From: Candidatus Altimarinota bacterium
Lineage (GTDB): Bacteria; Patescibacteriota; Gracilibacteria; UBA4473
Assembly (NCBI GenBank): GCA_965231215.1
Contig: OZ246423.1
Coordinates: 854,699-918,698 of the forward strand
DNA: 64,000 bases
Reading direction: 5' to 3'
Shown here: positions 17,790 through 27,001 of the stretch, one piece after another
Layout: every line of letters begins with the position of its first letter
Numbering within the stretch: the stretch's first letter is position 1
The notes under the pieces: model-generated
What the model was told of the DNA's origin: nothing
The model's input: the letters and a program-made list of their open reading frames with translations, nothing else
Databases searched by the model: none
Program-made: the position numbers and the translations under genes

Positions 17790-18899
17790 ATGAAGAAATT
17801 AGTTCTAAGTTTAGGGATTCTATTATTGCCACTTCAGGTATTGGCTGAAGTAGAGCTTTTTCAGTTGGTTATGTTTGATTGGGAGGGAGAAACTAAAAAA
17901 CTAAAACTGGTTTCACTGGGTTCAGGAACCTCTATTGGGAAGGATCTTATTATCACCAATAAGCATGTAGTAGAAATTAATGATGAGCCAGCGGATCTTA
18001 TTCTACTCTGTCAGGCCAAACAAAAAGCCACGCACAAGGTAGAGTGTAATATCCCAGCAGGAATCTCGATCCTCCATAGAGACTTTGATGTGGCGCTGGT
18101 AAAACCTATTGTTTCAGGAGCTTTTATTCCTCAAGTACGAACCTCTACCGCCATTAAAAGAAAGGGAGATGTGGTGCGAATTGTTGGATTCCCAGCCCCA
18201 GACGGACAACGGCAAAATTTTGGAGGCCAAGCGACCCTGAACGCCTTTAAAACCTGGGAAGCCGATCCGACCACACCACTGCAAATACGAGGCGATAAAC
18301 CTACCATTACCCGTGGAGAAATCTTGGCGCGGTATAAACTAGAAAATACGGGAGAAACCTTTGCGCTGACTTCAGCCAAAGTGAATTTTGGAAACTCAGG
18401 TGGAGCCGCGTTTGATCAGTTTGGAGATTTTGTTGGGATTCCTTCTTTAAAAGATCGCGAAGGAAATGCCTTTATATTAGAGTACGCCCAAATCTATGAT
18501 TGGGTGAATAAAAATTCAGCTAAAAAACCTCAGTTTGATCAGGACGCATTGAATTTTTATAACCAGATATCGAACGCTAAAGCCGCTTCTAAATCCAGCC
18601 GTTGGGCAGGAAGACTTAATAATAAAAGCAGTTCTGCTACCACTGCTACTACTTCAAAGTCAGACCTCAGGGCCAAGCTAAGAGCTCGGTTGCTCGCGCG
18701 TAAAAATGGAATTTCTACCAGCGTTCAAAGTTCTAACACTACCACTAGTAGGGCGAGGCAGAGTTTGAGAGAGCGGCTCAAGGCCCGTTTAGCCGCTAAG
18801 CGAGCACAACTAAAGGCGTCTAAACATAATACAATTTCAACGAATCGATATAACCGGTCTTATTATTTCAATCAGTACCGCCAAGATTTAGCGGATTAG
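17790..18899 (+). CDS. Secreted trypsin-like (S1 family) serine protease with an Arg/Lys/Ala-rich C-terminal tail
   Basis: Signal peptide MKKLVLSLGILLLPLQVLA. The catalytic triad context is TNKHV, DVALVK and GNSGGAAFD. The tail reads LRAKLRARLLARKNG ... LRERLKARLAAKRAQLKA. Confidence 0.8.
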   Translation: MKKLVLSLGILLLPLQVLAEVELFQLVMFDWEGETKKLKLVSLGSGTSIGKDLIITNKHVVEINDEPADLILLCQAKQKATHKVECNIPAGISILHRDFDVALVKPIVSGAFIPQVRTSTAIKRKGDVVRIVGFPAPDGQRQNFGGQATLNAFKTWEADPTTPLQIRGDKPTITRGEILARYKLENTGETFALTSAKVNFGNSGGAAFDQFGDFVGIPSLKDREGNAFILEYAQIYDWVNKNSAKKPQFDQDALNFYNQISNAKAASKSSRWAGRLNNKSSSATTATTSKSDLRAKLRARLLARKNGISTSVQSSNTTTSRARQSLRERLKARLAAKRAQLKASKHNTISTNRYNRSYYFNQYRQDLAD

Positions 18900-18950
18900 C
18901 CTTTTATTTATCAGTTTTTGTGGGGTTTCTAAAAAAGCTCACAAAAGTCC

Positions 18951-18978
18951 TTGACACTCGGTACTAGATTCATATTAT
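18951..18978 (+). promoter_or_regulatory. Putative promoter of the rplP-rplO half-operon
   Basis: TTGACA (18951-18956), 16 nt spacer, TATTAT (18973-18978), about 108 nt before the rplP ATG. Confidence 0.5.
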
Positions 18979-19086
18979 CGGCCGGCTTTAATACGGTATT
19001 GCTACGGACATTACACGTTTTAGCAGCGATCCAAATTTACAGGGGTCAACTATTAAAGCCAATTCGTTTAGTGCTTTTATTTAGCT

Positions 19087-19503
19087 ATGCTTCAACCTAA
19101 AAAAACCAAATTCCGAAGACTGCACCGACTACGTTCTCAGCGTAAAGGAGTAGCCAATCGTGGCAATAAAATTGCCTTCGGGGAAGTAGGACTTAAAGCT
19201 ACTACAGCTGGTGAGATTAACGCTCGTCAGATTGAAGCGGCTCGTCGAGCGATTGCTCGGGCTGTAAAACGAGGAGGAAAAATTTGGATTCGAGTTTTTC
19301 CAGACAAAGTACTTACCGCTAAATCAGGGGAAGTACCAATGGGTTCAGGGAAAGGAGCTCCAGATAAATGGGTAGCTCAGGTGCTTCCAGGAAAAGTCCT
19401 TTTCGAAATGGGAGGAGCCGATCCAGAACTTATGAGAGAGGCACTAAAACTCGCTTCATACAAATTATGCGTGAAGTGCAAAGTAGTAACTAATGAAATC
19501 TAG
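19087..19503 (+). CDS. rplP: 50S ribosomal protein uL16
   Basis: [11 protein letters not shown] ... [11 protein letters not shown] ... MGSGKG. Confidence 0.95.
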   Translation: MLQPKKTKFRRLHRLRSQRKGVANRGNKIAFGEVGLKATTAGEINARQIEAARRAIARAVKRGGKIWIRVFPDKVLTAKSGEVPMGSGKGAPDKWVAQVLPGKVLFEMGGADPELMREALKLASYKLCVKCKVVTNEI

Positions 19504-19506
19504 GCA

Positions 19507-19698
19507 ATGACTATTCAAGAATTACGTCAGCTCACTCCAAGCAAGTTGTTAGCTCAACTAAAGAAAACTCGTAGAGAGCTAGCCGTTACTCGTTTTCATA
19601 TTAAAACGGGTCAAAGCCAAGATACAGCGAGCATCAAAAAATTAAAAAAAGTGATTGCTCAGATCCAAACGCTCATCAATAACCTTAAGCAAAAATAA
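19507..19698 (+). CDS. rpmC: 50S ribosomal protein uL29
   Basis: 63 aa, with operon position and sequence typical of L29. Confidence 0.9.
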   Translation: MTIQELRQLTPSKLLAQLKKTRRELAVTRFHIKTGQSQDTASIKKLKKVIAQIQTLINNLKQK

Positions 19699-19937
19699 TG
19701 ATTAGTAAAAAAGGGACGGTTGTGAAAAAATCAGGGGATAAAACTATCCGAGTTGAGGTAAATGAAAGACGACCTCATCCTAAGTACAAGAAACAATACC
19801 GAATCACTACTAATTACTTAGTACATGATGAAGAAAATAAAGCTAAAGATGGAGATGAAGTGGTAATTACTCAAGCTCGACCAACGTCTAAAAAGAAATC
19901 TTGGAACCTAACTTCTATAGAGAAAAGCGCTCAATAA
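19698..19937 (+). CDS. rpsQ: 30S ribosomal protein uS17
   Basis: [16 protein letters not shown] ... HPKYKK ... VHDE pattern. Confidence 0.9.
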   Translation: MISKKGTVVKKSGDKTIRVEVNERRPHPKYKKQYRITTNYLVHDEENKAKDGDEVVITQARPTSKKKSWNLTSIEKSAQ

Positions 19938-20305
19938 TGATTCAACATATGACTCGTCTTCGTGTAACAGATAACACTGGTGCTAAGTGGGCACAGTGTG
20001 TAAAAGTCTTGGGAGGCTCTAAGAGAAGATACGCCCAAGTAGGAGACGTAATTGTTGTGGCCATTAAATCAGCCGCTCCTAAAGGAGTTGTAAAGAAAAA
20101 AGCGGTAGAAAGAGCCGTGATCGTAAGACAGACTAAAAAAATGAAAAGACCAGATGGGTCTTATATAAGCTTTGATGATAACGCTGTTGTGATCATCAAC
20201 CAGCAAGGGCAACCTAAAGGAACACGTGTTTTCGGGCCTGTGGCTCGTGAACTTCGTTCTAAAGGGTACCAACCAATACTTTCTAAAGCGCCTGAAGTAC
20301 TTTAA
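19937..20305 (+). CDS. rplN: 50S ribosomal protein uL14
   Basis: [17 protein letters not shown]. The ATG at 19937 overlaps the rpsQ stop by 1 nt. The ORF track start at 19901 is rejected. Confidence 0.95.
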   Translation: MIQHMTRLRVTDNTGAKWAQCVKVLGGSKRRYAQVGDVIVVAIKSAAPKGVVKKKAVERAVIVRQTKKMKRPDGSYISFDDNAVVIINQQGQPKGTRVFGPVARELRSKGYQPILSKAPEVL

Positions 20306-20308
20306 AAC

Positions 20309-20674
20309 ATGAAATTCAGAATAGGAGACGACGTCGTTGTGATTACAGGGAGTGATAAAGGGAAAACCGGAAGCATTACCCGTATCCTAGAATCAGAAAA
20401 CAAAGTGATTGTTGAAGGCATAAACATGAAAACAAAACACGTAAAAGGACGAGATGGAGTACCAGGAGAAAAAGTTCAATTTGCGGCTCCTATTCAGGCT
20501 TCAAATCTAGCGGTTATAGACGCTAAGACAAAAAAGCCAAGCCGAATAGGATACCTTATCGACAAAAATGGTAACAAAACTCGAATTACTAAAGCTTCTG
20601 GTCAAGAAGTGGTAAAAGCCGCTAAAAAAGAAAAGACCAAAGAAGACAAAGGACCTAAAACTATTAAAGCGTAA
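20309..20674 (+). CDS. rplX: 50S ribosomal protein uL24
   Basis: KOW motif GDDVVVITGSDKGKTG, with a Lys-rich tail. Confidence 0.9.
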   Translation: MKFRIGDDVVVITGSDKGKTGSITRILESENKVIVEGINMKTKHVKGRDGVPGEKVQFAAPIQASNLAVIDAKTKKPSRIGYLIDKNGNKTRITKASGQEVVKAAKKEKTKEDKGPKTIKA

Positions 20675-20680
20675 TTAAAA

Positions 20681-21277
20681 ATGACTGCAAAAGCCAAGAA
20701 AACTTCCAACGCACATAAGTCACTCCTATTAGAGCGATATGCAAAAGAAATTGCGCCTCAACTTCAAAAAGATTTGGGGATGAAAAACGTAATGGAAGTG
20801 CCTAAGATTGAAAAAGTATGTGTGAATGTAGGTATGGGATCATACCTTCAAAGACTTGGGACGAAAGATTACAGCTTAGTAGAACAAACGCTGCTCCAAA
20901 TTACAGGACGAAAACCTGTCCTGAGAAAAGCTCGACTTTCGGTGTCGAACTTTAAACTCAGAGAAGGGATGCCTGTGGGATTAAGTGTGACGCTTCGAAA
21001 AGACGAAGCTTACATCTTCCTGGATAAAATAATTAACATTGTGTTTCCTCGGGTGCGAGGCTTCCGTGGTATAAAACGAAACATCTTTGATAAAAGTGGA
21101 AACTGTTCCTTCGGTTTTGCTGATCACTCTGTATTTCCAGAGATCGATCTAGAAGATGCTCGAAAAGCTCACGGAGTCCAAGTAACCGTTGTTACAAATG
21201 CAAGAGAATCAGCCCATGCCGAAAAATTAATGGAAGCTATGGGTTTCCCTTTTATAAATAATAAGGCTAACAATTAA
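20681..21277 (+). CDS. rplE: 50S ribosomal protein uL5
   Basis: [18 protein letters not shown] and operon position. Confidence 0.9.
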   Translation: MTAKAKKTSNAHKSLLLERYAKEIAPQLQKDLGMKNVMEVPKIEKVCVNVGMGSYLQRLGTKDYSLVEQTLLQITGRKPVLRKARLSVSNFKLREGMPVGLSVTLRKDEAYIFLDKIINIVFPRVRGFRGIKRNIFDKSGNCSFGFADHSVFPEIDLEDARKAHGVQVTVVTNARESAHAEKLMEAMGFPFINNKANN

Positions 21278-21288
21278 TATTTAACTTT

Positions 21289-21543
21289 ATGGTACGAAAA
21301 GCCCTCCTGATCAAACAACAAAAAATGCTCGCACGAGCTATGGCTAAACGTGAAGATGGTACTTACAACCAAAAAAAACACGCCACAAAGCCAAAAGACA
21401 AGTACAAAACTCGAGCCTACAATCGGTGTAAAGTCACCGGACGCTCTGGTGGATATATGCGAGATTTTGGAATCTCACGTTGTTTGTTCCGGGAATTGGC
21501 TGAGAAAGCTGAAATTCCAGGAGTTCGTAAGAGTAGCTGGTAA
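21289..21543 (+). CDS. rpsN: 30S ribosomal protein uS14
   Basis: [25 protein letters not shown] ... PGVRKSSW. Confidence 0.9.
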   Translation: MVRKALLIKQQKMLARAMAKREDGTYNQKKHATKPKDKYKTRAYNRCKVTGRSGGYMRDFGISRCLFRELAEKAEIPGVRKSSW

Positions 21544-21637
21544 GCTGCTGTAACTCCAAAGCCGGTTAAGCCAGGCCAGGAGTTCACTCAATAATAAACT
21601 TAATGGCTTAAACATTTAAACACTTAAACGCTCAAAA

Positions 21638-22012
21638 ATGGTAGACCCAATTGGTGACTTTCTAACTCGAATGCGTAATGCTCAGATGGCTGGGCAAGCA
21701 ACCGTTGTAGCTCCTTACTCAAAACTAAAAGAGCAAATTGCAAAGGTAATGCTAAAAAATAAATTCTTGGACAACGTTGAGGTTGTGGAGAACGGGAACA
21801 AAAAAGATCTCAAAGTAACTTTGCCTGAGAAATCACTCACGCTAAAACGAGTGTCTCGACCAGGGCAAAGAATCTACTGCGGAAGCCAAGATATTCGAAA
21901 AGTGCTTAATGGTCTTGGAATCGCTATTGTTTCGACTTCAAAAGGAGTTATTACTGGGTACGAAGCAAGAAAGCTTGGCGTCGGAGGTGAAATTTTATGT
22001 GAAATCAGCTAA
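21638..22012 (+). CDS. rpsH: 30S ribosomal protein uS8
   Basis: MVDPIGDFLTRMRNAQ. Confidence 0.95.
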   Translation: MVDPIGDFLTRMRNAQMAGQATVVAPYSKLKEQIAKVMLKNKFLDNVEVVENGNKKDLKVTLPEKSLTLKRVSRPGQRIYCGSQDIRKVLNGLGIAIVSTSKGVITGYEARKLGVGGEILCEIS

Positions 22013-22029
22013 CTATATAACTATTTAAA

Positions 22030-22581
22030 ATGTCTAGAGTAGGTAATAAGCCAGTCGTTATCCCCGAAGGAGTAGAAGTACAATTGAGTGACAATGTGCT
22101 TACAGCCAAAGGGCCCAAAGGAGAACTGTCTCAAAGTTTTGAACCCGCATACGTGGAAGTCAAAATAGAAGGGAATGAAATTTTAGTTTCTCGAAAAAAC
22201 GAAACGAAAGAGGCTAAATCTAGACATGGCCTATACCGAAGTTTATTTGAAAACATCGTAGTCGGAGTCAAGACAGGATTCTCTAAATCGCTTGAAGTTC
22301 GCGGGGTTGGATACCGAGTAAATCCAAAAGGAAAAGCTCTGGAATTCAATCTAGGATACTCTCATTCTATTACTTACGATCTACCAGAAGGCGTAGAAGT
22401 AAAATTTGATGAACAAAACCAAAATATCTTTACGCTCTCCGGAGCTGATAAACAGTTAGTGGGACAAACCGCCGCTAACATTCGAAAACTCAGAAAACCT
22501 GAACCTTACAAAGGAAAAGGTATCAGATACTCAGATGAACATGTAATTATTAAAGCTGGTAAATCTGCTAGCGCTGCTTAA
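22030..22581 (+). CDS. rplF: 50S ribosomal protein uL6
   Basis: [17 protein letters not shown] ... RGVGYR. Confidence 0.95.
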   Translation: MSRVGNKPVVIPEGVEVQLSDNVLTAKGPKGELSQSFEPAYVEVKIEGNEILVSRKNETKEAKSRHGLYRSLFENIVVGVKTGFSKSLEVRGVGYRVNPKGKALEFNLGYSHSITYDLPEGVEVKFDEQNQNIFTLSGADKQLVGQTAANIRKLRKPEPYKGKGIRYSDEHVIIKAGKSASAA

Positions 22582-22586
22582 TTAAA

Positions 22587-22928
22587 ATGAAATCTATTAT
22601 AAAACAGGCACGACTAAAAGCACGAGCAAGGCGTACGCACGCTAAAGCTCGAATTGCCCAACGACCAAGACTCGTAGTATTCAGATCTGGTAAAGCTATT
22701 TACGCTCAGATTATAGATGATATTCAGAACAAAGTGCTCTGTGGAACCTCAAGCCTTAAAAGCAAAAAATCAGGGATTGAAGCTGCCGCTGAAGTAGGAA
22801 AAGCGCTTGCAGAAATGGCTAAAAAAGCCAAAGTCACTGAAGTCGCTTTTGACCGAAATGGTTATCAATATCACGGGCAAGTGAAAGCGCTCGCTGAAGC
22901 CGCTCGAGAAGGGGGTCTTAAATTTTAA
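22587..22928 (+). CDS. rplR: 50S ribosomal protein uL18
   Basis: [20 protein letters not shown] ... [24 protein letters not shown]. Confidence 0.95.
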   Translation: MKSIIKQARLKARARRTHAKARIAQRPRLVVFRSGKAIYAQIIDDIQNKVLCGTSSLKSKKSGIEAAAEVGKALAEMAKKAKVTEVAFDRNGYQYHGQVKALAEAAREGGLKF

Positions 22929-23010
22929 ACCGCTCAATAAACTAATTAAAAAATTCTATACTGCCGGTAGGCCAACTACCAACTAATAACTACCTACTAC
23001 CAACTAATAA

Positions 23011-23772
23011 ATGTCAGAAGAAAAAAATGACGCTCCCGTAACGCCTGAGATGGCGGCTCCAGAAGCCACAGAAAACACTGAAAGCACTGAAGCTGCACAA
23101 GCTCCAGCTCAAGGTGGTGATAAAGCTCAAAATGATGCCAAAGACGGTAAAAAAGATCGTCGAGATGGGAACCGTCGTGGACGAGGACGACGTGAAAACC
23201 GAGGAGACAGACAACCAAAAGAATTTGAAGAATCAATCATTCAGATTGACCGAGTAACCCGAGTAACCAAAGGAGGACGACAGCTTCGATTTCGAGTTTC
23301 TGTAATCATCGGAGATCAAAAAGGACGTGTTGGATTTGGAATTGGAAAGTCTTCTGAAGTAATGACTGGAGTACAAAAAGCGATTACTCAGGCTAAAAGA
23401 AACCTGATTACAGTACCCATCTTTGAAGACACGATTCCTCACAGTGTAACCGCTAAATTTAAATCTTCTAAAGTATTTTTGCTTCCAGCACCAGAAGGTA
23501 AAGGAGTAATTGCTGGAGGAGCCGTGCGTAAAGTTTTGGAACTGGCTGGTATTAAAAATGCCCTTTCTAAAATTCACGGATCACGAAACAAAATTAATAC
23601 TACTTACGCCACTATTCAAGCCCTTCAAATGCTACAAAACAGAGCGCCACATAAAAGCGCTGAAGAGGCTGAAGACACCCCCAAAGAAGAAAAAGCCGAA
23701 GCTAAAGCCGCTGATAAAAAGCCAGCTAAAAAAGCTCCGGCTAAAAAAACGACTAAAAAGAAAGACGCTTAA
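23011..23772 (+). CDS. rpsE: 30S ribosomal protein uS5 with N- and C-terminal low-complexity extensions
   Basis: Core IDRVTRVTKGGRQLRFRVSVIIGDQKGRVGFGIGKS. 253 aa in total, with a charged N-terminal extension and a KKPAKKAPAKK tail. Confidence 0.95.
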   Translation: MSEEKNDAPVTPEMAAPEATENTESTEAAQAPAQGGDKAQNDAKDGKKDRRDGNRRGRGRRENRGDRQPKEFEESIIQIDRVTRVTKGGRQLRFRVSVIIGDQKGRVGFGIGKSSEVMTGVQKAITQAKRNLITVPIFEDTIPHSVTAKFKSSKVFLLPAPEGKGVIAGGAVRKVLELAGIKNALSKIHGSRNKINTTYATIQALQMLQNRAPHKSAEEAEDTPKEEKAEAKAADKKPAKKAPAKKTTKKKDA

Positions 23773-23790
23773 TCTAAATTATTCATTCTC

Positions 23791-24258
23791 ATGAAAGTTC
23801 ATCAAACCGCTCCGAATCTAAAAAAACCAGCTCGAAAAAGAAAAGGCCAAGGAAACGCTACAGGTAATGGTACCTATGGTGGTCGTGGTATGAATGGACA
23901 GAATGCACGAGCCGGAGGCGGTGTGCGACAAGGTTTTGAAGGAGGTCAAACCCCCTTGATCCAACGAATGCCAAAACGACGAGGATTTAAAAACCCAAAC
24001 CGAGTAGAAACCCAAGCTGTTGATTTAGGGCAGATTGAAGCCGTATATAAAGACGGGGAAAGCGTAAACCTCGGTACTCTTATTGAAAAAGGGTTGGTCA
24101 ATAATCCTAATAAAAAAGTAAAAATTCTCGCTTCAGGGGAACTGAGCAAAAAAGTAACCGTAGAAGGTGTTCCAGCGTCTAAAACAGCCGTAGCCGCTAT
24201 TGAAAAAGCTGGCGGAAAATTTGTCGCTCCAAAAGTAGAAAAAGCCGAAGAAAAATAA
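23791..24258 (+). CDS. rplO: 50S ribosomal protein uL15
   Basis: GGRGMNGQNARAGGGVRQGFEGGQTPLIQRMPKRRGF. It follows rpsE directly, with no rpmD between. Confidence 0.95.
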   Translation: MKVHQTAPNLKKPARKRKGQGNATGNGTYGGRGMNGQNARAGGGVRQGFEGGQTPLIQRMPKRRGFKNPNRVETQAVDLGQIEAVYKDGESVNLGTLIEKGLVNNPNKKVKILASGELSKKVTVEGVPASKTAVAAIEKAGGKFVAPKVEKAEEK

Positions 24259-24283
24259 GACTTATACTAAAGAACTAAATCAG

Positions 24284-24308
24284 AAACGCCTTCGGGCGTT
24301 TTTTTTAT
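24284..24308 (+). terminator. Rho-independent terminator after rplO
   Basis: AAACGCC-TTCG-GGCGTTT stem-loop followed by a T-run. Confidence 0.8.
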
Positions 24309-24400
24309 TTCGCAAAGAAGTATTGACATTTTTTCAAAAATATTTATTTAAAATATAATAAAAGAAACATCAAAAGAAAAAACCTTTAATCAACCTTTTG

Positions 24401-25243
24401 ATGTTGTCTTTGATGCTTGGAATTGCGGCCTCAGTACAAATGGGAACTGTTAGTGTAGAAAACTACCATGCGGTTCACTCTAATGTGATACGTCGTTATA
24501 AGATCTATAAATCACGTAATATTACGCCTCAATCCACAAGCCGAACCTCAGTGGATCTAAAACCTAAAACGACTCAAAAAAAGAAGCCTTTGAATCTACC
24601 TTGGGACGGGCATTTTTCAGCCAAAAATTTTACAACCTCTACGGATAGAATTGATTTGGAGGGGATTAAGGGAGCTCTTAAAGCGTCAATCTTGATGCTA
24701 CCGAAAAACCACACAGGAACTTTAAAAGAACTTGAAATCAGAAATGTAACACATGTATCAAGAGGGCTCGCTAACTCTAAAAAGATTATTCTCCATACCG
24801 ATTCTGTAGAAACAGAGGCAGAGTTGAAGTCAGTGTTTGTCCATGAAATGGGGCACATTGTGGATTTAGGATATTTAAAGGGGCAAAATGGGAACGTTTC
24901 TACCTTTAAAGACGGGAGACGAGTTATTTATACGGATGATCCGAGTTTGATTTTTTATACCATTTCTTGGCAGGATGAAAAGACGCGTAAAAAAGGAACC
25001 CTCAGAAATGATTTTGTTTCCGGTTACGCTATGCAGAGTCCGTTTGAAGATTTTGCGGAGAGCTATATTTTTTATCGATTACACGGTGAAAAGTTTCGAA
25101 AAATTGCCAAAGAATCTGACGCCCTTGATCAGAAATACAACTTTATGAAATACCAGGTATTTGCCGGAGTGGAGTTTCAGAAAGAAAAAAATGGGAAGTT
25201 TCTTCACAACCTGATCTGGGATGCTACATTAGTAAAGTCTTAA
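24401..25243 (+). CDS. Exported gluzincin-type metallopeptidase (HExxH ... ExxAE, anthrax lethal-factor-like ATLF motif pattern)
   Basis: N-terminal hydrophobic segment MLSLMLGIAASV, then VFVHEMGHIVD and, downstream, PFEDFAESYIFY. The ORF track start at 24398 is a TTG. The family assignment comes from motif memory. Confidence 0.5.
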   Translation: MLSLMLGIAASVQMGTVSVENYHAVHSNVIRRYKIYKSRNITPQSTSRTSVDLKPKTTQKKKPLNLPWDGHFSAKNFTTSTDRIDLEGIKGALKASILMLPKNHTGTLKELEIRNVTHVSRGLANSKKIILHTDSVETEAELKSVFVHEMGHIVDLGYLKGQNGNVSTFKDGRRVIYTDDPSLIFYTISWQDEKTRKKGTLRNDFVSGYAMQSPFEDFAESYIFYRLHGEKFRKIAKESDALDQKYNFMKYQVFAGVEFQKEKNGKFLHNLIWDATLVKS

Positions 25244-25251
25244 AAAATTTG

Positions 25252-25815
25252 ATGAAAATAAGTGGAGTACCAGTGGAAATAAAAGGCAATTTTATAAGGC
25301 CTATTCCAGATAAACCTTTAGATACAGTACCTGTCCCTACAAATGAGAAATCTGCTTTTGGAACATTTCAGTCTCTTCGTTTAGAGATATTGAATCATCC
25401 AAATTTTGAATTGGTTGCGAAGAAACTAAAGGTTGGTAATTCTGTCCCCACGACGTTGATGTTAAATTTTTTAGTGATGTTGGAGAAAGGATTCATACCT
25501 AACTCTAATCCTAACTCTGTACAGGCTCAGAACCAGTTAATTCGACTAAAAATAATTCTAACGCGATTTATCTGTAATGAAAATTCTTTTGAATTATCAC
25601 AGGCTGAGATTGAGTTTTTAAAAACACTAACAACAGAAATTGGAATGCAGAATTTAGCTCAAAGTGGGGCTTGGTATGATTTTTGTAGCCAATTGTATAA
25701 AGGAAATCCAGTGGAAGTGGCTGATGAAATTTTGATTCAGGTTCGAATGCTTTTTTCTCTTCAGATAAGAGATAGGGTAGAAAAAACTCATTTGAGAATA
25801 AGTTTGGTTCAATGA
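25252..25815 (+). CDS. Hypothetical protein
   Basis: About 187-aa ORF with no recognisable motif. Its stop overlaps the next gene's start (ATGA). Confidence 0.5.
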   Translation: MKISGVPVEIKGNFIRPIPDKPLDTVPVPTNEKSAFGTFQSLRLEILNHPNFELVAKKLKVGNSVPTTLMLNFLVMLEKGFIPNSNPNSVQAQNQLIRLKIILTRFICNENSFELSQAEIEFLKTLTTEIGMQNLAQSGAWYDFCSQLYKGNPVEVADEILIQVRMLFSLQIRDRVEKTHLRISLVQ

Positions 25816-26441
25816 AAAAATCTCACTGGAGAAAAACCTACAGAGACAAAGCGCACTTTTGGGCGAAGATTTTGGGAAAATGTCCAGGAGTAGAGGCTCT
25901 ATTTTTATCAGGGAGTTTAGCCCAAGGGAAAGCAAAGCAATCATCGGATATAGACTTTTTTATTATTGCCAAACCAGGGCAAATCTGGACGGCGCGGTTT
26001 TGGACTTTTTCAATCCTTAAATTTTGTGGCCAAATTTCAACAGAGACACATCATTCAGGGAAAATCTGCCCCAATCATCTGATCACTTCAAACGCTCTAG
26101 AAATCGAAGAAAAAGACGCCTATAGTGCTCATCTTTTTAGTCATAATATCCCCCTTTGGGATCCTCAAAATATTTTTCCCCATTTTGCCGAAGCCAACAC
26201 CTGGGTGTGGAAATACAAATATGAGTTTCCTCTGCAGATAGAAACGGGAGAGACTCCCAAATACGAAGCTCCAAAGGTGAAAAAATCATGGAGTGAAGGG
26301 TTTTTAAAATGGATTCAACAAAAGAAAGTTCAAAACAATCCAGATTTTAAAAGACCTGGAGCCAAAATAATTATGACCGATACTGAATTACGGTTTCACC
26401 CAGATCCCAAAAATCAGTACTGGAAAGAAATTAAAAGATAA
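25812..26441 (+). CDS. Pol-beta superfamily nucleotidyltransferase domain protein
   Basis: GSLAQGKAKQSSDIDFFII (G-S-x9-12-D-x-D signature). Confidence 0.65.
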   Translation: MKKSHWRKTYRDKAHFWAKILGKCPGVEALFLSGSLAQGKAKQSSDIDFFIIAKPGQIWTARFWTFSILKFCGQISTETHHSGKICPNHLITSNALEIEEKDAYSAHLFSHNIPLWDPQNIFPHFAEANTWVWKYKYEFPLQIETGETPKYEAPKVKKSWSEGFLKWIQQKKVQNNPDFKRPGAKIIMTDTELRFHPDPKNQYWKEIKR

Positions 26442-26590
26442 CGCCTAGTCTCGGGGGGCATTGCGAGGCAAAATTAATTTAAAGAAGTAATCTACTGCCG
26501 AAATAAAGAATTAGATTGCCATGCTCTTATGCACAATTTTTAACCCTCGCTCTCCATGACAAAGAGATAAATTTTTGTTATGGTTAAAAT

Positions 26591-27001
26591 ATGAAATATG
26601 CAATTACAATCCTGGCTACGGCCATAACGATTTTGCTTATGGATATTATCTGGCTCAAATACATTGCTGGGGGATTTTTTACCAAACATTTAGAAACAAT
26701 TGGTCGGTTTAATGCAGATGGAACTTTCAATGTGGAATTAAAGGCCGCGGCTTTAGTCTACGTTACGATGATTGCGGCCATTATTGTGTTTGTAGTTCCG
26801 AGAGCTTCAAACAGCTTAGAAGCGGCAATGTATGGAGGTCTGATGGGATTAGTGCTCTATGCGGTGTTTGACGGGACGAATCTGGCCATCCTCAAAGACT
26901 GGTCTTGGAACTTCGCCGCGGTTGATATAGCGTGGGGGACTTTTCTTTGTGCGGTGACGGGACTGGTGGCGTGGAACGTCTTTCATTACTTTAGCCAGTA
27001 A
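26591..27001 (+). CDS. DUF2177-like integral membrane protein
   Basis: 136 aa with 4 hydrophobic helices. The N-terminus MKYAITILATAITILLMDIIWLKYIAGGFF is typical of this family (from memory). Confidence 0.55.
   Translation: MKYAITILATAITILLMDIIWLKYIAGGFFTKHLETIGRFNADGTFNVELKAAALVYVTMIAAIIVFVVPRASNSLEAAMYGGLMGLVLYAVFDGTNLAILKDWSWNFAAVDIAWGTFLCAVTGLVAWNVFHYFSQ

Noticed and set aside
25252-26441. A HEPN-MNT-type toxin-antitoxin pair (unknown 187-aa protein plus nucleotidyltransferase with overlapping ends).
   Set aside because: The only Rx4-6H-like string (RLEILNH) lies near the N-terminus, not in the usual HEPN position. The gene order and sizes are atypical, and nothing else supports it.
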